DNA from: Selaginella moellendorffii
Taxonomy: Eukaryota; Plantae; Lycopodiophyta
Length of the DNA stretch: 64,000 nt
Reading direction: 5' to 3'
Assembly: GCF_000143415.4 (NCBI RefSeq)
Contig: NW_003314318.1
Span: 930,001-994,000 of the forward strand
Made by a program: the position numbers and the translations under genes
The notes under the pieces: generated by a model
What the model saw: only the letters and a program-made list of their open reading frames with translations
Told to the model about the DNA's origin: nothing
The model's database searches: none
In this document: one piece after another, positions 50,209 through 62,412 of the stretch
How positions within the stretch are numbered: position 1 is the stretch's first letter
How the letters are laid out: each line of letters begins with the position of its first letter

Positions 50209-53200
50209 AGATTATGAACATTTGGCACCATATAGATCCATTGATTCCTCCTCATGATGTTCCTTTAGATCCTGGCCTATCCACAAGAGAACCCTGATTG
50301 TTTACATCATTCCGACAGGAGGGGATGATATGAGGTCTAAGTATACAGCTAAAATGCCATATATTAATATTAGCATAGTGGGATTTTAGTAGCTGTCAAA
50401 TTGATTTCACTAGACCACTCACTCCTATATATACACTAGGGTTTTTGGGCTAGTGTATATATAGGAATGAGTGATCTAGATTGAAATCAATTTGATCCCA
50501 ATCTGAATGTTAAAAGTTTATGTACTTCACAATTATCTTTTTGAAGGTCTGAACGAACCATTCCACCAAATCATCTGACTATGGATTATAAACACTCATG
50601 AAAGTGTGGTGTATCCCCAAGTGAGACGTCAAAATGTGAAATGCCTCAACCATAAATATGGGATTATAATTTGAAAGAATTTGCTTCGGAAAGAAATGCT
50701 AAAACAGTATGCGATTGAGGAGGAAGTATTCAACAACAATTATAAATGTATTAGCAAGAGCATCAACTTCCACCTAACAAGTCAAATTGTCAGAAATAAT
50801 AATGACATATGCATTGTCAATAATTGATCATGGAAAAGGCTTAATTAAATCAAATGCCACTAACTCAAACAAATGGGAAATTGCAAGTAACTCTAATCGT
50901 CCTTTTGTAACACAAGGGGGAGTATTATAAACTTGGCACCAAACACAACTACTCATATACTGGATAATATCATATCACATCTTTGGCCAATAGAAAGACT
51001 TACACATTTTCTCAGTCACACAACAATATCCCATATACTTGTCTAAAATAGGAGAATCATGGTAACTGTGGAAAAAGTGTAAAATAAAGATTAAATGCAC
51101 CACTAGCCATAAATGACTATCAGCATCCATCCCCACAAAATAAAGAAGACTGTACTTAAGGCAATATTAAGAATATAAATGCCAAAATGGCAAGTTATTA
51201 TTAAGTGATATATGATTCTTAAACCTATTGCGAAGCTTTCACATCCATAGCTCAATCTTTTGAGCCTCACAAACCTTGTCAAAAGAAGGTAAATTTTGTT
51301 TTGCATCTTGTGGATACTGAACATCAAGTATAATAACTGCCGATGGCACGAAATCCTTATCCAAAAAATCCATAGACACTAAAATAGCAAGCTTGTAAAA
51401 AATATGAAAAAAGAGCAAAGAAGGAAGACTTGAGAAAGGGCATTAGTATCAATTATAAAACTTCTCGAGCGATGAACAACATCAAAATCATATATCTAAA
51501 ACTTCAAAACCCACCAAGCAATATAACCAACAAAGTTTTTTAGCTTCAATTAATGAAGTAATTACAACATGATCACCTTTAGTAATGTTTGAGAACCTAA
51601 ATATGCATAAAGTATTTTAAAACCCCGAATTGCTATTAAACACTCGTTCTTTGTCATGGAGTAGTTCACCTCCACTGGTTGTAATTTACAGCTAATATAT
51701 GTAATGAGATGGCATTGACTAGGCACACTCAAACTCTCTTGCATCAACACACCTTCAAAATTAATATTAGAAACATTCATAAACAAAATGAAAGGTCAAG
51801 TGTAATTAAGATATACTAAAACCGGAGGAGTCATCAATAGCTCTTTGAGATATATAAATGCCCATTCATAATCCACAGACTAAATGAAAGTGGCATTGAT
51901 GAATTTAGCTATGCTTGTAATGGTGCAATGCAATAAAAAATATGATTAACAAAACGATCAAGATATTGCACTTTGCCAAGAAACACTATACATCATTCAC
52001 ACACTTCAAAATAGAGAACTTTAAAATAACCACAAATTTGTTAAAATCAACTTGCAAACCTTTACAAGAAATATGATACCCAAAATAAGTTGTGTTTTTG
52101 GACCTAAATATACATTTCAACTGCTTTAGCTTTAAACCAACTTCCTATAACCGACCTAACACCTTATGAACATCATGGACGTTNNNNNNNNNNNNNNNNN
52201 NNNNNNNNNNNNNNNNNNNNNNNNNNNNNNNNNNNNNNNNNNNNNNNNNNNNNNNNNNNNNNNNNNNNNNNNNNNNNNNNNNNGCAAATAGCATCACCAA
52301 AAATTTGTATAAACAAAGTAATGTACAAAATGCAATTTTATGAATATCTTCCTCGACCATAGGAAGAAGGTACACATTTAGGATTGTAATTTCATTTAAC
52401 AAATGATAATCGATGCAAAAACAAATACTCTTATTATGCTTTATCACAAGATGAAGGTCATATGCCTAAGGACTTTTTGACTTTTGAATAACACTTTTTC
52501 CAACATCTCTTTAATATTTACACATAAAATCTTGATCTCTTTTGATGACTAACAGCAAATAAAAACCTTGATTACACAAGCATTCCCAGTTAGAATAGGA
52601 TAACATATTGCAATCTTGGCCCCAAATGATAAGTCAAATTCAAAGAGATCGATATACTCTTTCATGATACTGTAAATTACTACAACACAAAGACCATCAA
52701 AGGGATTTGAAGAGGGGAATAGAGGAATAAGACGGAAATATAAGAGAAAGTAATGGAGAGACAAAAGTGATAGAAATAAATATAGAAGTAAAAGGATAAA
52801 AAAAAACAGAAGTAAAAAGAATGGAAGAAATATAAATAAATATGAAACAAGGGGGAGAAGCCTCAAATCACACTTGACATAATTGCGCCATAACCAATCA
52901 ATACCAAGGATAAGGTCAAAAGCTTGACTCAACACCATCTGTAACAATTGCAACTCGAGCTCAAGATCACCCACATGCAAAACTAAGTTTGCCTCATCTT
53001 ATACACATACATGCATATAGCCATTGCCATAAAAAATGAAAACTAAGATGCAAATGTAAATGGTAATGTGTGGTAATAGGTTGAACAATAAAAGATAAAT
53101 TTGAGCCTAGGAGACCTCTTCTTATAAAAATAAGCTTAGAAAGTAAACACTAGATGAATTGGTGTCAAATGAACCTTTTGATGATACTCCTAAAAGAAAG

Positions 53201-54430
53201 ATGAAAGAGTTATTGATTTATTTGCAAAAGAACCCTCCATTACTTACATAACTCCTTATTTTCTAGAAGCATCTTATTGTTTAGACTTTCCACTACAACT
53301 ACACCAATAGAATATTATTGATGCCAAAGTTTCCACCCAAGAAATGGAAGTTGTCACCAACAACACCAATAAGTATAATTAACTTCATCACACGCCAGGT
53401 CCTCACCCTTATTTTTGAACTTAGGCAATAATAATATCAATCTCCATTAAAACAGGATCATCTCCCATAGGAAGTGGGGTTGAAGGACATGTAATAAAAA
53501 GTGAAAGAAGCAATGTCTCATAATGTTGTGTTAAGCGAAGAGTATCGTCAAAGGTGGCGAGAACAAGTACATACACAAATTCTTATAAGATTTTGACAAA
53601 ATTCTAGCCACAACATTCCTAATTTAATCCAACTCCGATATATTTAGCTCAACATAGAGCAAAAGGCTTTAGAAACAAACACCAAATTACACCACTAACT
53701 TGATGCAATTGTTGGAAAGCATTATCACAATCGTCAACATATCCAAATATATGTTTTAAGATATTTGGGAGAATGCTCTAATCCTCACAAATGGCTACAT
53801 TTAAGCCATTGTACCACTACAGCACCGTCATTTGGAAACATGTGGGAAACTCATGTAAACACCAAATATCATACTAAGAATGATATATGGCAATCATCGT
53901 GAAGTGATCAAATTAATGGTACACATCATCCCTAAGATTCATAGAAAAAACTGGATACAAAGATTGGCAACAAGAGTAGGAAGAGGTATATTACATTTTG
54001 TGAATACCACTATTAATTAAGCCTAATTGTTCAATTATAACCATATAACATCAAGCAATTGCATCAACTCCTTCTCCAAAGTTAAAGGAAGAGGAAACTA
54101 TTACTCTGCCATAAAAATAAATGAAAAGGAAAAAAACAAAAGAGAATAAATCGAAAAAGCTATAAGGAAAGGGAGATTTAGATAATTCAAAGGCTAGATC
54201 TAAACAAAAATCCCAAATTCAAGCACTCCTCATGTACAATAAAAAACTGCTCCTCATCTCCACCAATGTAAGTGCATGGAATATAGAAAGATAATATAGA
54301 AATATGCATATCAATTAACCCAAAACTTTAGTTTATATGGCAGTCTGGATTGAAACCAATCCAACAATTACCAAAATTCTACTACACTAGTATTAGTATG
54401 TGGCATTGTAACCATACACTTGGACCTCAC
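50209..54430 (-). mobile_element. Decayed Ty3/gypsy element (gag-protease-RT-RNaseH-integrase) with an inverted 3' end
   Basis: 5' LTR 54267-54430, PBS TGGTGGAGATGAGGAG, protease DLILGIDWL, RT FCIDYHLLN and KIAFCTLLCLYKFLVMLF. The integrase region is homologous to 13500-14720. Confidence 0.85.
52184..52283. other. Assembly gap (100 N)
   Basis: N run. Confidence 1.
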
Positions 54431-54725
54431 TATATATAGATACATAAACACACACATAAAGAGATTTTAAAAAAAAAATTGTATAAAATTATTGATTTTA
54501 GGCATTTGCTCCAGATTCAACAAATAACATCTGTCCAATTAGAGGGTAATTGTCAAAGGGTTAACCACATCTTAGTGAATAGTTGTATTGGTGTTTTCTT
54601 TTATCCAATAGGAAGTTGCCAATTACTTGAGGCAAAAGAAAATGTTATGACATATGTTACATGCAATGTGTTGATTGGCATTAACACTCAACCTTTTGCA
54701 ATGTAAATTCATTATCTCATATATG

Positions 54726-55100
54726 ATCTTTATAGTTCCTTCCAAGGAATTTAATAGTTTTTCTTAAGAAAATATATAATTATAGTTTTTTTCCCAATTC
54801 TTTTTTCAAAGTGGCATATAATATCTATTGTTTTGACACTATTCAAATTTAATTTTCAATGTAAATTTTCAATTTTCAAAATTATGACAATCAAAATATA
54901 TATTATTGCTCAGCATATGCTGTTTAGTTAGGAAACACTGTTTTGATTGTTATAGTTTTGTTACATTGAAAACTAAATTGGAATATTATCAAAATAACAA
55001 ATATTATATTCCACATTTGAAAAAAGAATTAATGAAGTAATTATAAGCATGTATTTCCTCAAAGAAAACTATCAAAATCTTTAGAAGAAATTTCAAGATC
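54726..55100. repeat. AT-rich degenerate palindrome (foldback/MITE-like)
   Basis: 54726-54865 mirrors about 54960-55100, inner arms are CAAAATTATGACAATCAAAA / TTTTGATTGTTATAGTTTTG, and the centre is CAGCATATGCTG. Confidence 0.7.
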
Positions 55101-55781
55101 CCAAATGATACTCGAATATATTTAAAATACTAAAATTTTAAGAAACTTCATATGCAAAACAGAAAAAAGTAACAAAAAACTTTCTGAGAATAATGTTTTA
55201 TAGTTATTAGAATATTAATATAGTTAGTACACTCCTAGATTAAAAAAACAAGAATTACTAAAAATAAATTTTTAATTAGATTTTTAATGTAAAGTATGTT
55301 TTACTTGGAATATAAATAAATTTATAATCCTAAAATGTTAAGAAAACTAATATATTACATTCCAGACTCAATAAAAAGTAAAGAAAAAATACTAAGATTT
55401 ATTATCATTAATTTAGAGAAGCATTATTTATTTATTATGTGTTTAATTAGAATATGAATAAATATATAGCTAGGATTTGAAAAAAATATATATTACTCAG
55501 ATCAAAACAAAGTCTAACTTAGAAATAAAAAATTGTATGTAGGCTTAAAGAAATAGAATCTAAATAAATTTGTCTAACATTATGCAATATAGTTATTAGC
55601 AAAGAATTACTTAGCCATATGTTTTACTTAGAATATAAAAAACTAAAATTTTAAGAACACTAATACTACTACCCATACCCAAGTAAAACTAAGGAAAGTA
55701 TTACATAAAAAAATATTATTAATATATGTTAGATACAAAATATAAATTCAAAACCATAGAACTAATAAACTATGCTAAAAG

Positions 55782-55881
55782 NNNNNNNNNNNNNNNNNNN
55801 NNNNNNNNNNNNNNNNNNNNNNNNNNNNNNNNNNNNNNNNNNNNNNNNNNNNNNNNNNNNNNNNNNNNNNNNNNNNNNNNN
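55782..55881. other. Assembly gap (100 N)
   Basis: N run. Confidence 1.
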
Positions 55882-56458
55882 ATCTATATAGATTTGTTAA
55901 ATTGCCTGATCAATACATTAGTACAAACAAAGAATTGCCTTTATCAATTGGTTAGGGGCTACTCTATCTATCAACCAAACCATATACATAAAGAAGAAAA
56001 CTGTATGACAGAGTAAGTGCCATCTTAGTTATATTAATTGATTCAGGAAGTTTATCAAAAAAATTGGGCCAGCAAGAAACATTTTTTGTCGCATGCTGTC
56101 CATGGCTTGTGCCCCAGCACCCAGTCTCCCATATCTGTGCCTACAAATTCAAATGGTAAACACTCACTAGAGAATTAAAAGCAATTGGAAATTGGTCAAT
56201 TTCCCATGGCACTTTGGCTGTTGGAAAGCCATAGCATACTTGGTGCTCCACTACTCTAGAGTGTTGGTTATAGTGCTCCACTGCTAATCCAATCCTAGGG
56301 AAAGAAGTGAGAACTTTTGCAAAAAAGATGGTTAAGCAAGCACATGTTTTGGAGCTCCTAGGCCTCTATCTCTAGTGTTGGATGGCTACTAACCACCACA
56401 AACATCCCCATGCTCGAGTAGGGTCTTTTGCTTCTCCACAATCCCTAGAGCTCCTGGT

Positions 56459-57250
56459 TTGAAGTGGAATTGTAAAAATTGCAATACCACAAGATCTTTT
56501 AGAATTAATATTTTATTTGCAAATAATTATCTCACATTTGCTCAAATGCTTAGAGTGATGTATTGTTTATGCATTAAAATGCCACAAGATCAAACTTGTA
56601 TTGAGTGTAGTATTAAAAGTGAGCATACGACAACAAATTAGTACAACTTTTATCGTAATATTTAATTACAATGAGGTAGTTAAAAAATTGGTGGTCAATA
56701 AAAAATTGTGGAAATTGATGAAAGTAAGTTTAGTAAGAAAAAATATAATCATGGTAGAAAAGTAGAAGGTTAATGGGTTTTTGGAGGAATTAAAAGTGAT
56801 TCAGATCCAATGTTTATGGTTTGGGTTGCTATTGCACAAACTTTAATTGATATTTTTTATATATATATATTGAACCAGGTAAGTTCTATTTCTATTATTA
56901 TTCTTAACTAATAATTATATTTAATTATTTAGGAAGAATTTATATATAGTGATTGTTGGGCTAGTTATGATTTAGAGTGGTTGAATCAATTAAACTTCAC
57001 TCATTATACAGTCAACCACTCCCAAAATTTTGTTAATCCTATGATTGGAGTTCATACAAATTATATTGAATTGACATAGAATGCAGTGAAAAGATCCCTT
57101 CCTCGCTATGGTACAACAAAAGGATTATACAGCTATTACTTTCAAGAATATATTTGGCCAAAAATATATATTGAAAGAAAGGAAATTTCATTTAATATTC
57201 TATGTAGTCATATTAAGCTATACAATCAGAATAATGCTGTTATAGTAGAA
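56459..57250 (+). mobile_element. Merlin/IS1595(IS1016)-like DDE transposase pseudogene with an intron
   Basis: KIVEIDESKFSKKKYNHGRKVEG*WVFGG, YSDCWASY, HYTVNHSQNFVNP, GVHTNYIE and YFQEYIW, plus an upstream CxxC. Stops and frameshifts are present. Confidence 0.85.
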
Positions 57251-57624
57251 TAAATAGTATATTTTATTTTATACTTTTAAATAATTAAAAATAATATACT
57301 AGAACAATCTTTAATTTATAGTAATGAAATGGCATGCCTATGTAACCAATAAGTTGGCATGCAAATCTAAATAAGCAAATAATGGGGACCTATTTGTGTG
57401 GACTTATTTTTATATTGGGGGTCTCTGCCACTAGTCCTCTACCACCTTTATATTACATATTTCATTTCGTGTCGGTTAAATTTATTGGGTTTATGAGAGG
57501 GATTTAACTAGAACAAAAGGCATTTATAAAGTGCGCTTTAAGTGGGGGTTAAGAGGGGCAATTGCAGCCATTGGTGCAGTGGGGTGGTTGACTGGTGGGG
57601 TAGTTTTCATGCCACGACTACTCT

Positions 57625-59195
57625 ATGAAACATTTGAGTTCACTCAATTATACTAGGCCTTATGATAGACACGTAGATGTTATCCACAGCCATGAAATGG
57701 AACTCTATCATCATCGTATAGATGTGGTCGTGTTCCTCCTCTTTGTCTCTCTCATTTCCTCCAGTGGAGTTCCAATCCCATCTCGACCAGTGCAATGCAA
57801 CGTGAGAGACTATGGAGCTCTTGGCAATGGATCAACGCTCGAAACCTCCTCAATCCAGTCAGCAATCAATGCTTGCCACTCTCGCAGCAACAAACTCGGC
57901 TCCAAGAGTGTCGTCTGGGTTCCTCCAGGCTCCTACCTCACTGGAACACTCTTCCTCAGATCCAACATGACGCTCCACATCGACCATGGCGCCAAGATCT
58001 TGGGAAGCTCCAGGCAGATGGACTATCCTCCCGAGAAGGATCGATGGTATGTGATTCTTGCCGAGGGCGTAGAGAATGTGGGGATCACTGGCGGTGGTGA
58101 GGTCAACGGCCAGAGCTCCAAGTTTGTGGTGAGATATGATCCAAAGAAGAACATCATGACGAGCTGGAATGTCACTGGGAACTGCCTAGGCGATGAATGC
58201 CGCCCCAGATTGGTGGGATTTCTACGCTCGACCAAGATTCGCGTCTGGAACATCGATCTCCGGCAGCCGGCATACTGGTGGTAAGAACTACGTTGACTAA
58301 ACGTTTTACTATAGTTGACTATATTTTGACCATAGTTGACCGAGCTGTGACTTTGCGCAGCTTGCATCTGGTCAACTCGAACTTCATACACATCCACGAC
58401 ATCTCAATCTTGGGCGATTTCGACACGCCCAACAACGATGGTATCGACGTAGATGGATCCAACAACACGGTGATCGAGCGCTGCCGGATTGACACGGGCG
58501 ACGATGCGATCTGCCCAAAGACGACGTACGGACCGCTCGTCAACCTCACCGTCCGGGACTGCTGGGTACGGACAAAGTCGTGCGGGGTCAAGCTCGGCAG
58601 CGCCACCTTCTTCGACTTCCGCCACCTTCGATTCTCAAACTTGATCATCGTTGATTCGCATCGCGGACTTGGGATCCAGCTCCGGGACGCCGGGAGTGTC
58701 TACGACGTGATCTTCGCCAACATTGTAGTGTCCACTCGATACTATGATCCGTCGTGGTGGGGGAGAGCCGAGCCGATCTATGTGACGGTGTGTCCCAGAG
58801 ACGAATTCACGCTGGTGGGATCGGTCCACTCGATCGAGTTTCGCAACATCACTGCTCGATCCGAGAATGGGATCTTTCTCGCGGCGTCTGAGAATGGAGC
58901 TGTGATTCACAGCGTGAAACTTGTGGACGTGGATTTGAAAATCGAGAGGTGGACGAGCTATAGCGGAGATGGAGGGATGCAGGACTTTAGACCGGGATGC
59001 CAGGGTCTTATCTCCCACGACAAGAGATCGGGAATGTTTGTCCAGAGGGCGCATGGCCTGTCGCTACAGAACGTCAGCTTTACGTGGGTGACGAGCAGTG
59101 GCGGCGGGGAAGAAGTTCCTATTGAATTTGGTTCCAGGACACCGGAGGACAGTATTTCTCTCGTCAACTTTGCGAACGATTTCCTGGCTTCATAG
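57625..59195 (+). CDS. Glycoside hydrolase family 28 (polygalacturonase-like)
   Basis: VRDYGALGNG, VPPGSYLTG, PNNDGID, GDDAIC, VKLGS. One intron at about 58281-58360. The start may be at 57697. Confidence 0.9.
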
Positions 59196-59376
59196 TAACA
59201 CTCCCAAATCTATTAATAAGTTCGATCGAGCAAGCTTCGACCAAACATCGATGAAAGATCACGCTATAGTTTTAGTCTGCTGGAAAGAATCTGTCCAAAA
59301 AGAACGAGCAAGAACGATCTACACTATCACTACTAGCTAGAGGGTCTCACTCCAAAATCGACCCAAGGAAAGATCA

Positions 59377-61160
59377 TCACCTGGCAAGCATTTCTAGGCT
59401 TCCATCCTCGTCTCCTTCCACCTCGGTCTCGTTCTCTCCAGCGTCGCCCTGCTGCTCTAATAGCCTTCCCATCAGGATCTCCCTCAAGCTCTCGGACAGA
59501 GCTTGCAAAATGTCTGGATGCTCCCGCAAGTACTTCTTTGCGTTCTCCTTCCCGTTGGCAATGTTCTCCGAGTTGTAAGTGTACCAATTGCCACTCTTTC
59601 CCACGAGCCCGTGCTTGAAGCCCAGGTCCAACACCTCTCCTTCTTTTGAGATGCCCCGGCCAAAGTCGATCTCAAACTCGGCTGTTCTGAATGGTGGCGC
59701 GAGCTTGTTCTTGGCAATCTTGACTAGTACTTGAGCGCCTACAGTCTGTGAAATAGCGGTGTTATCTTTGGAAATGACTGGAAGTAAGATCGTTACCTCG
59801 TCTCCTTTCTTGAGTAAGTTTGTTCTCCGAATGTTTAGTCTCACCGATGCATAGAACTTCAATGCGTTTCCACCAGAAGTTACTTCTATGGGAGCTCCTC
59901 CGAAACCTCCAAAGGAGGCAAGTTTGGATCGGATCTGTAGGAAAAACAAGACCCGTGTCTGAGTGATTTAAGCAATGAATTTTTGTAGTACCTGGTTTAT
60001 AAATATCAGAATGGTTTGTGAACGTGATAGAGAATGTGTAAGCTTGCGAAGTGCCTGGCTCATTAGCCGAGCCAGTAACGCCATATGAGAGTCCCCCATT
60101 TCACCTTCTAGCTCCACTCGAGGAACTAGAGCAGCAACCTGCAAAAACGAAGAGTTACACTCTTTCTCAAACTTCAAATGACAACTTACACTGTCCACAA
60201 CCAAAACATCCACTGATCCGCTGCGAACTAGTGTGTCTGCGATTGCGAGGGCGTTCTCTCCACAATCTGGCTGTGCCACGAGCAGCTCGTCAATGTCAAT
60301 TCCGATAGCCTCGGCAAGTGACTTGTCTAAGGCATGCTCAGCATCGATAAAAACACACCTTCCTAGAAGTAAAAGAACACAAAAAGTAACGTAAGTTATT
60401 TCACTTCGCGAGAAAGTGGAAAGACCGACCTCCTTGCTTCTGTGCTTCAGCAATAACATGAAGAGCAAGCGTTGTTTTCCCAGACGCTTCCGGTCCATAG
60501 ATCTCTACAACACGTCCCTGCGCAAAACAGTAAGCTCCAAAGATGAAAAAAAAATGCTCTCGATCGATCACACCTTGGGAAGACCTCCCACTCCAAGCGC
60601 TACATCGAGAGCGAGCGATCCAGTCGAAACCACTGGAACTTGCTTGGACGTGTTCCTTCCAAGCCACATAACAGCCTCGTCTCCAAACGAGCTCTTGATT
60701 TGAGCGAGTGCCGATTGCAATGCTGCTTCCTTCTCGGAATACTCTGACGCTGGATCGGCAGATGTGGAGTTCTTTTGCTTCTTCTTTCCTGTCACCAAAG
60801 GAAGAACAATTAACTCTTTGTGACAAAAACTAGCTTCCATACCTTTCTTAGCATCACTCGCAAACGAAGCGTAAGCTCCACCCAAGCTTCTCAATCCATT
60901 CACATTCTTCGTTAGCTGCGTTCCAGAGGCTGTGATCGCGAAAATATGAGAGAAAATCCACTAACCTGGCAAGAAATCTTGGATTTGCGAGTGTAGCCCC
61001 CCAAAACCGCACCGCTGGAGCTCCAAAGAGAGCGCTTGGACACTCTGATCACCGAGCACACCGATTTCACAGCGAAATCCCGCGAGTAGCGAGCTCCAAT
61101 GCTCTTCGCCATTGCTCTGGAGAGGCACAGCGCGCCGCCACAGCTCGCAACTCTCGCCAT
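59377..61160 (-). CDS. RECA: Organellar (probably mitochondrial) RecA
   Basis: [71 protein letters not shown], with a transit-peptide-like N-terminus. Confidence 0.95.
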
Positions 61161-61261
61161 TCCTCCTGGATCGCTTAAACCCTGCGCTAGGGTATACATT
61201 TCAAGGTGGCCAATGAGAGCTTGCCATGTGGGCAATGCTTTGCTAATTAGGGTTCTTACCG

Positions 61262-62400
61262 ATGGCGCTGTTCCATTATTCGTGCTTCCCGCGATTGGGG
61301 GCAAGCGCCGCCACTCCTTCCTCCGCTTCCTCCTCTCTTCCGTTCTCCAGATCGGCGATTGCCGTGGCAATGGCAGCTCCTTCGGCGGTGGAATCGCAAG
61401 AATGCGGCGAGGCGGCAGCGGCGGCGATCGATCTCTCCAGGTACCCTATTCCAGTGACGCCGCTGACAGGCGCCAAAGAGATCGAGTACGAGCGGGCGCT
61501 AGTAGCAGAGGCGTCCATGAAATCCGGCCCCGCGATCACGATCGACGACGTCGTGTTCCAAGACGAATGGATTCTCGTCATTAACAAGCCTTGTGGAGTC
61601 TACTCCGAGCACGTCCTCGTCTCAGTTCCATCGCTCTTGGGAGATTCCTACTCGCCACAGTACCCGATCGAGAGTAAGCATTCCTTTTTTATCTAGACGA
61701 GAAGCTCACTTTTCATCTTTGTCTTTCGTCCTTTCCGTGAAGAACAGAGAGCCGGGGCTTTTTCCATCTAGCAAATCGACTAGACAGAGATACCAGTGGG
61801 ATCATTGTGATTGCCAGAGACAAAGTTGCGGCAGGGAAGCTCACCAACATCTTCAAGAGCCGGGAGCTGCGAAAGTCCTACGTTGCGCTTTGCGTCGGGA
61901 AAGCTCCCCACTGGAAGAGAGCCGTCATTGAATCGGGGCATGGCAAATCAAGGAGAGGCTGCTGGCGAGTCTACTCCAAGCACGACGTAGAGAGGTCTCT
62001 GCCGGATGGATCGGTCGTCAAAGACATGTCAACGAAGATAGAAGTCATGCCGAGCTCTCTGGATGAAGCGAAAGACAGCGAAGAAGATGATGGAGAGCAG
62101 CGGATCGTTGTGGAGGCGAAGATGGTCGATCCAGAGCCCGGCACTGGCGACGAAGTTTTCATCCGAGCAGTGCCTCTGACGGGACGGACTCATCAGATCA
62201 GGCTCCACTGCCAGTTTCTGGGACTTCCTCTGGTCGGGGACGTCAAGTATGGTGGCCCGCTACACTGGAACGGGGAGAAGTGCCAGAGCCATTTCTTACA
62301 CTCGGAGAGCATAGCGTTCCAACATCCCATGACAGGCGAAGTGGTGGAAGTGATTGCCCCGCATCCATCCTGGGCGGCCTCCAAGAACCCTAAAGTTTGA
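61262..62400 (+). CDS. RluA-family RNA pseudouridine synthase (organelle-targeted)
   Basis: VINKPCG, catalytic HLANRLDRDTSG, TGRTHQIRLH, LVGDVKYG, FLHSESIAFQHP. One intron. Confidence 0.92.
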
Positions 62401-62412
62401 GTTTTGGATAGA

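Noticed and set aside
59377-61160. RecA as bacterial contamination or recent HGT
   Set aside because: It has spliceosomal introns and a transit-like N-terminus, so it is a normal nuclear-encoded organellar RecA.
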